From assembly GCA_902630925.1 (NCBI GenBank), contig CACOWO010000003.1:6811-70810 (forward strand): a stretch of DNA of 64,000 bases, read 5' to 3'. Shown in pieces: positions 32,142-42,945 of this stretch. The stretch is from an uncultured Pelagibacteraceae bacterium (lineage in GTDB: Bacteria > Pseudomonadota > Alphaproteobacteria > Pelagibacterales > Pelagibacteraceae). Both the position numbers and the translations under genes were made by a program. How positions within the stretch are numbered: position 1 is the stretch's first letter; each line of letters opens with the position of its first letter. The notes under the pieces are model-generated. The model worked only from the letters and a program-made list of their open reading frames with translations. It was not told where the DNA came from and did no database searches.

Positions 32142-32975
32142 TTAAATCTTTATTGGTGGATACTTAATTATCACTTCGGTTATCCAATTATTTAAATTTT
32201 CAATTCTTTTTTCACTACTAGGATGTGTACTCAAAAAAATCGGTGGCTCTTTACCTTTATTTTTTATCGCCATTCTTTTCCATAATTTAACAGACTCTCT
32301 AATATCGTAACCTGACAATGAAGAAAAAATTAAACCTAAGTAATCTGCTTCAGTTTCTTGTTTCCTGCCAAAAGGATTCATTATACCTAATTGAAAAATA
32401 TCTAATCCAGTATTTTGACCAACTGTATTTCTTGTTCTATTAATAGCACCACCTAAAAAAATATCTGCAACATTTGTACCTAAATTGATTGTCATAGCGT
32501 GACTCATTCTCTCTAAAGAGTGTCTTGCAACAGCATGAGCTATTTCATGACCCATCACTATTGATAGTGCATCAGTATTTTTTGTTATTTTAAGCAACCC
32601 TGTATAAACTGCAATTTTACCACCTGGCATGCACCAAGCATTTGCTATTTTGTCGTTATCAACTAAAACATAGTCCCAACCAAAATTCCTAGTTGGATCT
32701 TCTTTTCCTTGATTAATAAAAAAAGCACTAACTGCTGATTGTATCCGACCACCTATTTCTCGAACTTCTTTTAGCTGGACACCAGATGTTATCAATTTTG
32801 ATTTTTGTCTAAATTTTTCATATGCAGTTGCTGCTTGTCTATTAATACGAGACTCAGGAATAATGCTTAATTGTTTTCTTTCAGTTATTGGAACAGTTGC
32901 GCAAGAGGGTAACAATAAAGAACAACAACCACATCCAAAATAGCTAAGAAATTTTCTTCTATTTATGTTATACAT
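32142..32975 (-). CDS. M48-family zinc metallopeptidase, probable Tat-exported lipoprotein
   Basis: NAWCMPGG, GHEIAH (HExxH), ETEAD, LSTHP; N-terminal RRKFL and LPSC. Confidence 0.9.
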   Translation of the reverse strand: MYNINRRKFLSYFGCGCCSLLLPSCATVPITERKQLSIIPESRINRQAATAYEKFRQKSKLITSGVQLKEVREIGGRIQSAVSAFFINQGKEDPTRNFGWDYVLVDNDKIANAWCMPGGKIAVYTGLLKITKNTDALSIVMGHEIAHAVARHSLERMSHAMTINLGTNVADIFLGGAINRTRNTVGQNTGLDIFQLGIMNPFGRKQETEADYLGLIFSSLSGYDIRESVKLWKRMAIKNKGKEPPIFLSTHPSSEKRIENLNNWITEVIIKYPPIKI

Positions 32976-33065
32976 TTTATAAGTATGATATTAAATAATA
33001 AATTATTAATTGCAATTTTTATATTAATCATCGTTTTCATTATATACTCTAGTTATTCTTAATAA

Positions 33066-33680
33066 ATGTCTGATTTAAATATAAAAAAATCTATTTTCGC
33101 TAAAATTAGAAATAACTTTATTGCAGGAGTTGTGGTTTTAATTCCTATAGGTATTACATTGTACCTCACTGTTTTTTTAATAAGAGTTTTTGGTAAAATT
33201 ATTCCAAAAGAGATCAATCCTAATAATTACCTACCATTTGATATACCGGGAGTAGAAATATTAATAGCATTAATTATTATTACTTTTATAGGCTGGTTGT
33301 CTCTTTCTTTTTTAGGAAAAAAATTTTTCGAATTATTTAACAATCTTTTAAAAAAGATTCCTATTTTAAGAACTATTTATTCTGCGATAGGTCAAATGAC
33401 AGAGAGTTTTACAAAAACGGATAACAAACAGAAAAGTGTAGTACTTCTAGAATATCCAAGAAAAGGTGTTTGGGCAGTTGGTTTTGCAACAAAAGAAAAC
33501 GAGGGCTTAATTAAAGAAAAAATTAAAGAAGAGGTAATAAATGTTTTTGTTCCAACAACTCCTAATCCAACAAGTGGTTTTTTATTAATGGTTCCAAAAA
33601 AAGATTTAATTTATTTAGATGTCTCTTTTGAACAAGCATCAAAATTCATTGTTTCGGCTGGTACGACAAATATTGATTAA
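33066..33680 (+). CDS. DUF502-family membrane protein
   Basis: FIAGVVVLIPIGIT, EYPRKG, VFVPTTPNPTSGFL. Confidence 0.88.
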   Translation: MSDLNIKKSIFAKIRNNFIAGVVVLIPIGITLYLTVFLIRVFGKIIPKEINPNNYLPFDIPGVEILIALIIITFIGWLSLSFLGKKFFELFNNLLKKIPILRTIYSAIGQMTESFTKTDNKQKSVVLLEYPRKGVWAVGFATKENEGLIKEKIKEEVINVFVPTTPNPTSGFLLMVPKKDLIYLDVSFEQASKFIVSAGTTNID

Positions 33681-35722
33681 ACGTTATCAAAGTTTATGAT
33701 TTCAGCCTTATCGAAAAGTTTTAAAAGAAAAGTAAATTTTTCATGATTAATATCACTTATAACGTTTTTTACAAATTTTTCAGCCAATTTAAATAAATCA
33801 TTATGATTTATCGGATCAGCAAACTTAAAGTTTTTTATGCCACTTTGTTGGAAGCCTACTAAATCTCCAAAACCTCTTAATTTTAAATCTTCTTCAGCAA
33901 TAAAAAAACCATCATCAGATTTTTTTAAAATTTTTATTCGTTTTATCGCATTTTTGCTCAAACCATCTTTAAATAACAATATACAAGTTCCTTGTTTTCC
34001 TCCACGTCCAACTCTTCCTCTAAGTTGATGTAATTGAGCAAGCCCAAATTTATTTGCATTTTCAATAATTATTAAATTTGCATTTGGAAAATCTATACCT
34101 ACTTCGATTACAGTTGTTGAAACAAGTATTGATTTATCTCCAATCAAAAATTTCTTTAAAATTTTTTCTTTCTCATCTTTTTCTAAATCCCCATGAATAA
34201 GACTGACTGTGTTAGGAAATTTTTTTTCAATTATTTGGTATTTTTTTTTGGCTGAGGAATATTCTAAAAAAGCTGAGTCTTCAATTAAGGGACAAACCCA
34301 AAATATTTGATTTCCCTCTTTTATTTGTTTTTTTATAAAAGGCCAAAGTTCATTAATTTTTTTTTCTGGTTTACTTAGAGTTATTATTTTTTTTCTATTT
34401 TTTGGTTTTTCTAAAATTTTTGAAACATCCATATCTCCATATAATGACATCATCATTGTTCTTGGGATTGGTGTTGCGGACATAAGCAATACATCACAAT
34501 TGTTCCCACCTTTTTTTGCAAGATCACTTCTTTGTTTAACCCCAAACTTATGTTGTTCATCAATTACAATTAAACCGAGATTCTGAAAATTTATTTTTTT
34601 TTGAAATAAAGAATGTGTTCCAATAATTAAATCTATTTCACCATTTTTTAGATTGTTTAAAATTTCTTTTCTTTTTTTATAATCAGTTTTTCCAGTTAAA
34701 TATTCAATTTTTAAATTATCTTTTTTAAAAATATTTTTAGCTAATTCAAAGTGTTGTTTTGATAAAATTTCGGTTGGACTCATTAAAGCACACTGGTACC
34801 CACTTTTAATAACATTTATAATTGCGATTAAAGAAACAATAGTTTTTCCAGATCCGACATCCCCTTGTAAAATTCTAAACATTCTACGGTTACTTAAAAG
34901 ATCATAATTAATTTCATCTAAAACTTCTTTTTGACTTAAGGTTAATTCAAATGGCAATTTTTTGATTAATATTTCAGAGTATTTATTGGTAAATTTTTTT
35001 GGAATTTTGATTTTTTTAATTCTTTTTCTGTTTTCAGATAATGTTAAAAAATTAGCACAAAGTTCATCAAAAACTATTCTTCGATAGCTTTTTGATTGAA
35101 TATTTTTTGAGTCATTCGAATAGTGAAGTTTTTTGATACATTCATTCCAGCTAATTAAATTATTTTCTTTAATAAATGTATCTTCTAACCAATCAGAAAT
35201 TACCGGGAGATCATTGATAACTTTTTCACTTATTGATCTATATTTTTTTTCATTAATACCTTTTGTTAAAGCATATTTTGGAATATTTTTTACAACATAA
35301 TCTTTATTTTCTATAGATGTTACATAATCAGGATTTGTAATCTGGTAACTTTTATTAAAGTAATTAATTTTTCCACTTATGATTACATATTCATTTATTG
35401 GATATAATTTTCTAAGGTATCCTTCTCGACTATTAAAATAAACGATATCAATTTTACCAGTTTCGTCTTCACAAATGATTTTATTAGGTAAATTTCTTAT
35501 CCTTGGAAAATTTAATTTTTTAACCTTAACTTTTATAGATTGAATTTTACCAACTTCTAAAGAATTTAAGTTAACAATTTTAGATCTATCTGTTTCTGAA
35601 TACGGTAGATTAAGAATTATATCCTTGATTTTTTCAATTTTTCTTTTTTTTAAATACTTTGATAATTGAGGACCAATTCCGTCTAATTTATTAACTTCAT
35701 TAAATATAAATTCTTTTTTCAT
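33677..35722 (-). CDS. recG: ATP-dependent DNA helicase RecG
   Basis: QGDVGSGKT, DEQHKFG, MSATPIPRT, QLHQLRGRVGRG. Confidence 0.97.
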   Translation of the reverse strand: MKKEFIFNEVNKLDGIGPQLSKYLKKRKIEKIKDIILNLPYSETDRSKIVNLNSLEVGKIQSIKVKVKKLNFPRIRNLPNKIICEDETGKIDIVYFNSREGYLRKLYPINEYVIISGKINYFNKSYQITNPDYVTSIENKDYVVKNIPKYALTKGINEKKYRSISEKVINDLPVISDWLEDTFIKENNLISWNECIKKLHYSNDSKNIQSKSYRRIVFDELCANFLTLSENRKRIKKIKIPKKFTNKYSEILIKKLPFELTLSQKEVLDEINYDLLSNRRMFRILQGDVGSGKTIVSLIAIINVIKSGYQCALMSPTEILSKQHFELAKNIFKKDNLKIEYLTGKTDYKKRKEILNNLKNGEIDLIIGTHSLFQKKINFQNLGLIVIDEQHKFGVKQRSDLAKKGGNNCDVLLMSATPIPRTMMMSLYGDMDVSKILEKPKNRKKIITLSKPEKKINELWPFIKKQIKEGNQIFWVCPLIEDSAFLEYSSAKKKYQIIEKKFPNTVSLIHGDLEKDEKEKILKKFLIGDKSILVSTTVIEVGIDFPNANLIIIENANKFGLAQLHQLRGRVGRGGKQGTCILLFKDGLSKNAIKRIKILKKSDDGFFIAEEDLKLRGFGDLVGFQQSGIKNFKFADPINHNDLFKLAEKFVKNVISDINHEKFTFLLKLFDKAEIINFDNV

Positions 35723-35754
35723 TAAATAGGTTAAATTATGTATAATACTACATT

Positions 35755-36012
35755 ATGGACAATAAATTAGAATTATTTAAAAAAAAATTAATTTATAGAG
35801 CTGGATATAGAGGAACTAAAGAAATGGATATTTTATTAAGCACATTTGTGAATAAACATATACACAGTTTTGATGAAAATCTTTTAATAGAATTGGAGAA
35901 ATTTTTAAATTTTGAAGATGAAATAATACTAAATTTTTATAATAAAAAGATTACAGAAAAAGAAATTGATAAAAATGAGATTTCGAAACTTTTTAGTAAT
36001 TTTAAATTATAA
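35755..36012 (+). CDS. sdhE: Succinate dehydrogenase flavinylation factor (SdhE/Sdh5)
   Basis: YRAGYRGTKEMDILL (RGxxE motif); divergent from recG. Confidence 0.88.
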   Translation: MDNKLELFKKKLIYRAGYRGTKEMDILLSTFVNKHIHSFDENLLIELEKFLNFEDEIILNFYNKKITEKEIDKNEISKLFSNFKL

Positions 36013-36102
36013 TGGCGGAGAGGGTGGGATTCGAACCCACGAACGAGTTGCCCCGTTGCTGGTTTTCAAGACCAGTGCTTTCAACCGCTCAGCCACCTCT
36101 CC
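36013..36102 (-). tRNA. tRNA-Ser(TGA)
   Basis: Reverse complement GGAGAGGTGGCTGAGCGG...CTGGT-CTTGAAA-ACCAG...long variable arm...GTTCGAATCCCACCCTCTCCGCCA, 90 nt. Confidence 0.97.
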
Positions 36103-36209
36103 TAAAAATAAATTTAAGCTCTTTAATACTATCAAAGTAGTAAAATAACAATAATTAAGTATAAATTTGTTAAACTAGTTAATTTTTATTAATTATGATA
36201 ATTAATTAA

Positions 36210-37205
36210 ATGTTTAAATTTATTTTTAAGACATTCTTTTTATGCTTTCTTATTTTCAAGCCTGTTTGCGCAAACGAAGATTTCAACAAATGGCTTAAAG
36301 AATTTCAAAAAAAAGCGATAGACTCAGGCATATCCAAAAAAGTAGTTAATGAAATAATGTCAGATGCAAAATTTTTACCTAAAGTAATCCAATATGATCG
36401 TTACCAACCCGAATTTTATGAAGATACTTTTACTTATGTAAAAAAAAGATCCTCAAATAAAAAAGTAAAAGAGGGAATTAAACTTTATAAAAAAGAAAAA
36501 AAAATAATAGAAAATGTAGAAAAAGATTTTCAGGTTGAGAAAGAATTGTTACTAGCTTTAATGGGAATCGAGACAAACTTTGGTAAGTATCTTGGTAAGA
36601 TGGATATTATTTCTTCACTTGCAACCCTTAGTTTTGATAAACGAAGAAGTGATTTTTTTACTGAAGAATTACTAATTTTATTAAAACTAGTAGATAAAAA
36701 CATTATTGATAAAGATATTTTATATGGATCGTGGGCAGGTGCATTTGGAAACTTTCAGTTCATGCCTAGAACTATAAGAAATTATGCAATAGATTATAAC
36801 AAAAATAAAACAATTGAACTCAAAAATATTGAAGACTCATTTGCATCCGCTGCAAATTATTTAAAATCCATTGGTTGGAAACAAAAAGAGCCTTGTTTTT
36901 TTAAAATAGAACTTAAAGATAATATTCCAAAAAAATACTTAAACTCATCAGCAAGAAATATTAAAAATAAAAAACGAGTCAAATTTTTAAAAAAATACAT
37001 CAAGGATAATGAAAATCTAAATATAAATAATAATTTAATTGCTGCCATAATTATTCCAGATAAAGATATAATACCTGGAGCTGAAACTCTTTCTCCTGCA
37101 TACATTGTTTTTGAAAATTACGAAAAAATATTGAATTGGAACAGATCTTTAAGATTTGCCTTGGCTGTTTGCACTTTAAAAGAAAACTTCAAAAATGAAA
37201 TTTAA
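36210..37205 (+). CDS. mltB: Lytic murein transglycosylase (MltB/SLT_2 family)
   Basis: GIETNFG, SLATLSFD, GSWAGAFGNFQFMP, SAANYL, WNRS. Confidence 0.9.
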   Translation: MFKFIFKTFFLCFLIFKPVCANEDFNKWLKEFQKKAIDSGISKKVVNEIMSDAKFLPKVIQYDRYQPEFYEDTFTYVKKRSSNKKVKEGIKLYKKEKKIIENVEKDFQVEKELLLALMGIETNFGKYLGKMDIISSLATLSFDKRRSDFFTEELLILLKLVDKNIIDKDILYGSWAGAFGNFQFMPRTIRNYAIDYNKNKTIELKNIEDSFASAANYLKSIGWKQKEPCFFKIELKDNIPKKYLNSSARNIKNKKRVKFLKKYIKDNENLNINNNLIAAIIIPDKDIIPGAETLSPAYIVFENYEKILNWNRSLRFALAVCTLKENFKNEI

Positions 37206-37932
37206 AATTTTTACTCTTTTATTATTTACTGTCTCTTGTGCTCCACATTTAGAAACTTTTAATCTAAAAAAGCCTTATTCGGCAAAAGGTTTTGCATATA
37301 TTTATAACGAAAAAGATTTTAATGAAAAAATTATTAATGGAAAAATGAACAATGAAAAATTTCAAATTTCTCATCAGAATTTAAAAACTGGTACCTACTT
37401 AATGATTTCAAACCCCAGAAATAAAGAAAGTATAGTTCTTAAAAATACAAAAAGAATTAGGTATCCCGAATTTTATAAAATTCTAATAACAAAACCTGTA
37501 GCAGAAAAACTTAAACTTAGAAATGAATTACCCTTACTTGAAATAAATGAAATTAAGAAAAATAAATCATTTGTTGCTCAAAAAGCAAAGGTATATAATG
37601 AAGAAAAAAAAATTTCTTCAAAAGCACCAGTGGCTTCAGTAAAAATTTCAAATATTTCAAAAGATAAGGCTAAAAAGACAAAAAAAAAAATTGATAATAT
37701 TTATTTTGATCTAGGTATATTTTACTCTATGGATACTGCAAAATTTTTAAAAAAGAGAATCATTAAAGAGTTAACAGAATTTGACAATTCAAAAATTAAA
37801 ATTAAAAAGATTAATAATAAAGAAAACCAAGTTATAGTTGGACCATATATCTCTGTTAATTCATTGAAAAATGATTACATTAAGCTGAAAAGTTTTGGAT
37901 TCGAAGAATTAGATATTTTTTTAAATGATTAA
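37195..37932 (+). CDS. RlpA-like lipoprotein, divergent, with a SPOR-like C-terminus
   Basis: Lipobox TVSC; sits between mltB and dacA, the usual rlpA position; SPOR-like tail (VIVGPY). Confidence 0.55.
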   Translation: MKFKIFTLLLFTVSCAPHLETFNLKKPYSAKGFAYIYNEKDFNEKIINGKMNNEKFQISHQNLKTGTYLMISNPRNKESIVLKNTKRIRYPEFYKILITKPVAEKLKLRNELPLLEINEIKKNKSFVAQKAKVYNEEKKISSKAPVASVKISNISKDKAKKTKKKIDNIYFDLGIFYSMDTAKFLKKRIIKELTEFDNSKIKIKKINNKENQVIVGPYISVNSLKNDYIKLKSFGFEELDIFLND

Positions 37933-39073
37933 ATTTTTATTAATTATATTTTTTACGTTTAATATTACAATTAACGTACTAGCAAACCCAAATATAAAGG
38001 CTAGGACAGGAATACTAATTGATTATCATTCTGAAGAAGTTTTGTTTGAATTAGACCCTGATGCTCAAATTTATCCTGCTTCAATGACAAAAATTATGAC
38101 GTCAATTGTTGCGTTTGATCTTTTAAAAAAAAATCAATTATCTTTAGATGATAAAATCACTGTATCTGAAAATGCTTGGAGATTATCTCAAGCAGGATAT
38201 TCATCTATGTTTATAATGATAAATGATCAGGTAAGTGTTGAAGATCTTCTTAAGGGTATAATTATTGCTTCAGGAAATGATGCATGCGTGGCCTTAGCAG
38301 AAGGTATAGCAGGATCTGAGGAGAACTTTACAGATATGATGAATGAAAAAGCTGGAGAAATTGGAATGACATCAACTAATTTTACCAATTCATCTGGTAT
38401 CAATGATCCTGACAATGTTTCAACTGTGAGAGACATTGCTATAATGAGTAAATATTTAATTCAAAATTATCCTATTTATTACGAGATGTTTGCTGAGAAA
38501 ACCTTTACATGGGATAGAACTGGTGGCGAACCAATTAAACAAGGAAACCGCAATCCTTTATTATACAAAAATGTTGGCGTAGATGGTGTTAAAACTGGAT
38601 ATTTAGCAGTCGAAAAATACTCTTTAGCTAGCTCGATGAAGAAAAAAGATAGAAGAATTATTGCAGTTGCTTCTGGTTTTGAAACAAAAAATGCAAGAAG
38701 TTTGGAGTCATTAAAGCTTTTAAATTGGGGACTTAGAAATACTAGCACATTTGAAATTTCAAAAAAAGACGAAACAATTTTTGAGCTAGATACTTGGCTT
38801 GGTAAAAAAAATAAAATTAATGCATCTAGTAAAGAAGATTTCTATATTACAATTAACAAAAAAGACATAAGACATTTAAATGTTACATTAGAATATGATG
38901 GACCAATTTCTGCTCCAATAGACAAAGGAACACAAATAGCAAACGTAATTATAACAAAAAAAGATAAAGTGATTAAGAAATTACCATTGTATGCTAATGA
39001 AGATTTAAAAAAAGTAAATTTTTTTAAAAGCTTGATAACTTCTCTAAATTATTTGATTTGGGGAGATGTATAA
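37925..39073 (+). CDS. dacA: D-alanyl-D-alanine carboxypeptidase (PBP5/6)
   Basis: PASMTK (SxxK), SGND (SxN), KTG. Confidence 0.93.
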   Translation: MIKFLLIIFFTFNITINVLANPNIKARTGILIDYHSEEVLFELDPDAQIYPASMTKIMTSIVAFDLLKKNQLSLDDKITVSENAWRLSQAGYSSMFIMINDQVSVEDLLKGIIIASGNDACVALAEGIAGSEENFTDMMNEKAGEIGMTSTNFTNSSGINDPDNVSTVRDIAIMSKYLIQNYPIYYEMFAEKTFTWDRTGGEPIKQGNRNPLLYKNVGVDGVKTGYLAVEKYSLASSMKKKDRRIIAVASGFETKNARSLESLKLLNWGLRNTSTFEISKKDETIFELDTWLGKKNKINASSKEDFYITINKKDIRHLNVTLEYDGPISAPIDKGTQIANVIITKKDKVIKKLPLYANEDLKKVNFFKSLITSLNYLIWGDV

Positions 39074-39713
39074 AAAAAAACCTTTTTTCATCGTATTTGA
39101 AGGCGTAGAAGGTTGTGGAAAATCCTTCCAAAGCAAAAAGCTTTTCAAAAAATTAAAAAAAAACAAGATTGATACTGTACTAACTCGAGAACCTGGTGGA
39201 ACAAAAAGCTCGGAATTAATACGAAATCTCATACTTAAAGATTATTTTTCAAAAAACAAATTAGAAAAGTTTGATAAATACACAGATACTCTGCTTTACA
39301 TGGCTGCCAGAAATGAACATGTTAAAAATAAAATTAAACCTGCTCTATTGAGAAAGAAAGTTGTCATTTGTGATAGATTTATTGATTCGACTTTAGCATA
39401 CCAAGTTTATGGAAAGAAAGTTGATTTAAATTTTATTAGAAATATCCATAAAAAAATACTAGATGGAGTTAGACCTAATATAGTGTTTGTTCTAAAAGTT
39501 TCAAAAAAATCTTCAAAAAAAAGATTAAAAAAGAGAAAAACTAGAAATCGTTATGATAATTTTTCTCAGTCTTTTTACGATAAAGCGCAAAAAGCGTTTA
39601 TCAAAATAGCTAAAAATAAAAAGAATTATTATGTGCTTAACTCCTCAACAAATGACAATTCTTTAGAGAATGAGGTTTTTAAAATAACAAAGAAGTATTT
39701 AAAGATTAAATGA
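39066..39713 (+). CDS. tmk: Thymidylate kinase
   Basis: FEGVEGCGKS, TREPGG, CDRFIDSTLAYQ. Confidence 0.97.
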   Translation: MYKKKPFFIVFEGVEGCGKSFQSKKLFKKLKKNKIDTVLTREPGGTKSSELIRNLILKDYFSKNKLEKFDKYTDTLLYMAARNEHVKNKIKPALLRKKVVICDRFIDSTLAYQVYGKKVDLNFIRNIHKKILDGVRPNIVFVLKVSKKSSKKRLKKRKTRNRYDNFSQSFYDKAQKAFIKIAKNKKNYYVLNSSTNDNSLENEVFKITKKYLKIK

Positions 39714-40645
39714 ATTATCCCGCTTTTTTTAATTCTAAAAATTCTCTAAATTTATTCGGATTACAAAGCGATCTAAATTTTATTCAGGATTTGTATTTAA
39801 AAAAAAATTTACCCAAGGTGTTGATGTTTACTAGTAATAAAGGATCAGGTAAATCAACTATAATAAATCATTTTTTGTTTTCTATATTTGATATTGAAAA
39901 TTACGATAAAAAAAATTCTATTCTATTAAAAAATTCAGTTTTTCTAAAACAATTTCAGGAAGACTTATTTCCAAATATTATTTATATTAAAGGTGAAGAA
40001 TTCAATTCGGTAAAAGTTGAGGATATCAGAAATTTAAAAACAAAAATTTTACAATCTACAATCTCTAATCAAGACAGATTTATAATTTTTGATGATATTG
40101 AGCTTTTTAACCAATATAGCCTTAATGCCTTGCTCAAAATAATTGAGGAACCGTCTGAAAAAAACTATTTTATTCTGATAAATAATAAATCAAAACCATT
40201 ATTGGAAACAATTAAATCAAGATGTCTAGAAATTAAGAGTATTTTTAATGAAAAAAAGAGATTTCAAATTATCAATGAACTTGTTAATTTTTATAAGCCT
40301 ACGTTAGTGCTTGATCCAAAAAGTTCAAAATTATCTCCCGGAAATTTTTTAAAATTTAACCATTTGTGCCATGAATTTAACATATCCCCAACTAATAATT
40401 TTGTAGAAAATCTCTCGTTATTATTAAATTTATACAAGAAAAATAAAGATGTTTTATTTATAAACTTAATTTTTTTTATAACTGATTATTATTTTAAATC
40501 CTTAAAAGAAAAAAGCATATTTAAAAATGATAAAATATTTGAGACAAAAAACTTTGTTTTTGATAATTTAAATAATTATATGTTGTATAATTTAAATCAA
40601 AATTCTCTCATTAATGCTGTAAATGAAAAATTAAAAAATGAGTAA
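39710..40645 (+). CDS. holB: DNA polymerase III delta' subunit (divergent)
   Basis: KGSGKST, NALLKIIEEP, TIKSRC; tmk-holB-metG-tatD synteny. Confidence 0.87.
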   Translation: MNYPAFFNSKNSLNLFGLQSDLNFIQDLYLKKNLPKVLMFTSNKGSGKSTIINHFLFSIFDIENYDKKNSILLKNSVFLKQFQEDLFPNIIYIKGEEFNSVKVEDIRNLKTKILQSTISNQDRFIIFDDIELFNQYSLNALLKIIEEPSEKNYFILINNKSKPLLETIKSRCLEIKSIFNEKKRFQIINELVNFYKPTLVLDPKSSKLSPGNFLKFNHLCHEFNISPTNNFVENLSLLLNLYKKNKDVLFINLIFFITDYYFKSLKEKSIFKNDKIFETKNFVFDNLNNYMLYNLNQNSLINAVNEKLKNE

Positions 40646-42179
40646 AAACTATTATATTACTACTCCAATTTATTATCCCTCAGGCAAACCACACATGGGT
40701 CATGCTTATTCAAGTATAGTGGCTGATATTTTTGCTCGTTTTAAAAGACTTGAGAATTATAATGTTTTATTTTTAACAGGAACTGACGAACATGGTCAAA
40801 AAATTGAAAAGGAAGCCAAAAAAAATAACAAAGATCCAAAAATTTTTTGTGACGAACTCTCTGAAACATTTAGATCTTTAACAAGGACCTTAAATTTATC
40901 AAATGATGATTTCATTAGAACTACTGAGCACAGACACCATAAATCTGTAATTGAAATATGGAATAAACTTGCTGATTCAGGCGATATTTATCTTGATAAA
41001 TATAGTGGTTGGTACTCAGTTTCTGATGAGGCGTTTTATGACGAAGATGAAATTGAAGATAAGAATGGTAAGAAAATATCTAAATCTTCTGGCTCATTAG
41101 TTGAATGGGTTGAGGAAGAGTCTTACTTTTTTAAATTATCAGCTTGGTCAGATAAACTTTTAGAATTTTATAAAAAGAATCCTAATTTTATTCTTCCAGA
41201 GTCCAGAAAAAATGAAGTTGTTAGATTTGTAGAGAAAGGATTGAAAGATTTATCTATAAGCAGAACATCATTTACATGGGGCATACCTGTACCTAAAAAT
41301 GAAAAACATGTAATTTATGTCTGGTTAGATGCTTTAACTAATTATATAAGTGCTTTAAATTTTCCAAATATCGAGGACAAAAAATATAAAGCTTTTTGGC
41401 CAGCAAATGTTCATATCATCGGTAAAGATATCTTAAGGTTTCACGCTGTTTTTTGGCCAGCATTTTTATTAGCAGCAAAATTACCACTACCAAAGAGAGT
41501 TTTCGGCCACGGTTGGATTCTTTCAGATGATAAAAAAATGTCAAAATCATTAGGAAATATTCTAGACCCTATAGAAATTATTGATAAATTTGGAATAGAC
41601 CAATTAAGATATTATTTAGTAAAAGAGGTATCACTCGGGAACGATGGATCAATTTCTTTAGAAAATTTGAAAAATTGCATTAATAATGATTTGGCAAATA
41701 ATTATGGAAATTTATGCCAAAGAGTTTTTTCATTTATTAAAAAGAATTGTGATAATAAAATACCTTATAGTACAAAATTAAATAATTCAGATAAAGCACT
41801 TTTGGAAAATTTAAAGAATAGTTTACCAAAACTTCAAAATTTGATGGATAATCAAGATTTAAATGAATATATAAAAACAGTTGTAGGTTTTTCTTTTGAG
41901 GCTAATAAATATTTTAACGACTCCGAACCGTGGACAGTTAAAAAAAAAGACCCAGAAAGAATGAATACAATTCTATTTACTGTTGTTGTTCAAATCAAAA
42001 ACATTAGTATATTACTTAACCCAATAATTCCAAAGGCAACAAACAAAGTTCTTGCTATGATTAATATTTCCAATGAAAATATAAAAATTGATAACATAAA
42101 AAATGAGAAAATCTTAAATCATAAAAAAGAATTAGGTGAATTAGAAATACTATTTAATAAGATTGAAAATGATAATTGA
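40638..42179 (+). CDS. metG: Methionine--tRNA ligase
   Basis: PHMGH (HIGH-like), GTDEHG, YVWLDAL, KMSKS. Confidence 0.97.
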   Translation: MSKNYYITTPIYYPSGKPHMGHAYSSIVADIFARFKRLENYNVLFLTGTDEHGQKIEKEAKKNNKDPKIFCDELSETFRSLTRTLNLSNDDFIRTTEHRHHKSVIEIWNKLADSGDIYLDKYSGWYSVSDEAFYDEDEIEDKNGKKISKSSGSLVEWVEEESYFFKLSAWSDKLLEFYKKNPNFILPESRKNEVVRFVEKGLKDLSISRTSFTWGIPVPKNEKHVIYVWLDALTNYISALNFPNIEDKKYKAFWPANVHIIGKDILRFHAVFWPAFLLAAKLPLPKRVFGHGWILSDDKKMSKSLGNILDPIEIIDKFGIDQLRYYLVKEVSLGNDGSISLENLKNCINNDLANNYGNLCQRVFSFIKKNCDNKIPYSTKLNNSDKALLENLKNSLPKLQNLMDNQDLNEYIKTVVGFSFEANKYFNDSEPWTVKKKDPERMNTILFTVVVQIKNISILLNPIIPKATNKVLAMINISNENIKIDNIKNEKILNHKKELGELEILFNKIENDN

Positions 42180-42945
42180 TTCTCACTGTCACTTAAATTA
42201 TGAACCTATGTCTTTAACTTTAAAAGAGACGATTGAAAGAGCGAATAGAGATGGAGTAAAATATTTACTTACAATCTCAACTGAAGATAAATCTTATGAT
42301 AAAATTTTAAATATTATTTCAAATAATGAATGTGTATATGGCTCTTATGGAATTCATCCTCATGAAGCTAAAAATCATCAATTTTTAAAATCCGATGAAA
42401 TAATTAAAAAAACTAAACTTAATAAAAAAATAATTGGAATAGGTGAGAGTGGTCTTGATTTTTACTATAATTATTCTGATAAAAAAGACCAAATTAAATG
42501 TTTTGAAGAACATATAACTGCCGCACAGAGCTCTCAGCTTCCACTAATAGTTCACACTAGGAATGCAGAAACAGAAACGTTAGAAATACTTAATAAAAAA
42601 CTAAAAGAAAAGAATTTCAAAATTTTAATCCATTGCTTCACAGGTTCAAAAAAATTTGCGTTTAAATTAATAGACCTTGGTGCTTATATCTCTGCAAGCG
42701 GAGTAGTTACTTTTAAAAAATCTGATACTTTAGCAAATACCTTTAAAGAACTTCCGAATGACAGAATATTAGTTGAAACAGACTCACCTTACTTAGCGCC
42801 AGTACCTTTAAGAGGAAAACCTAATGAACCCAGTTATATTATTCATACTGTTAAATTTTTATCAAAATTAAAAAATATTTCTTTTGAAGATTTTTCAAAG
42901 ATTACTACCAAGAACTTTTTTAATTTATTTGGTGAGTTAAATTGA
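42169..42945 (+). CDS. tatD: TatD-family hydrolase
   Basis: DSHCH, GIHPH, GESGLD, HCFTG, ETDSPYLAP. Confidence 0.94.
   Translation: MIIDSHCHLNYEPMSLTLKETIERANRDGVKYLLTISTEDKSYDKILNIISNNECVYGSYGIHPHEAKNHQFLKSDEIIKKTKLNKKIIGIGESGLDFYYNYSDKKDQIKCFEEHITAAQSSQLPLIVHTRNAETETLEILNKKLKEKNFKILIHCFTGSKKFAFKLIDLGAYISASGVVTFKKSDTLANTFKELPNDRILVETDSPYLAPVPLRGKPNEPSYIIHTVKFLSKLKNISFEDFSKITTKNFFNLFGELN

Noticed and set aside
35966-36148. 60-aa + strand ORF
   Set aside because: It is the antisense reading of tRNA-Ser.
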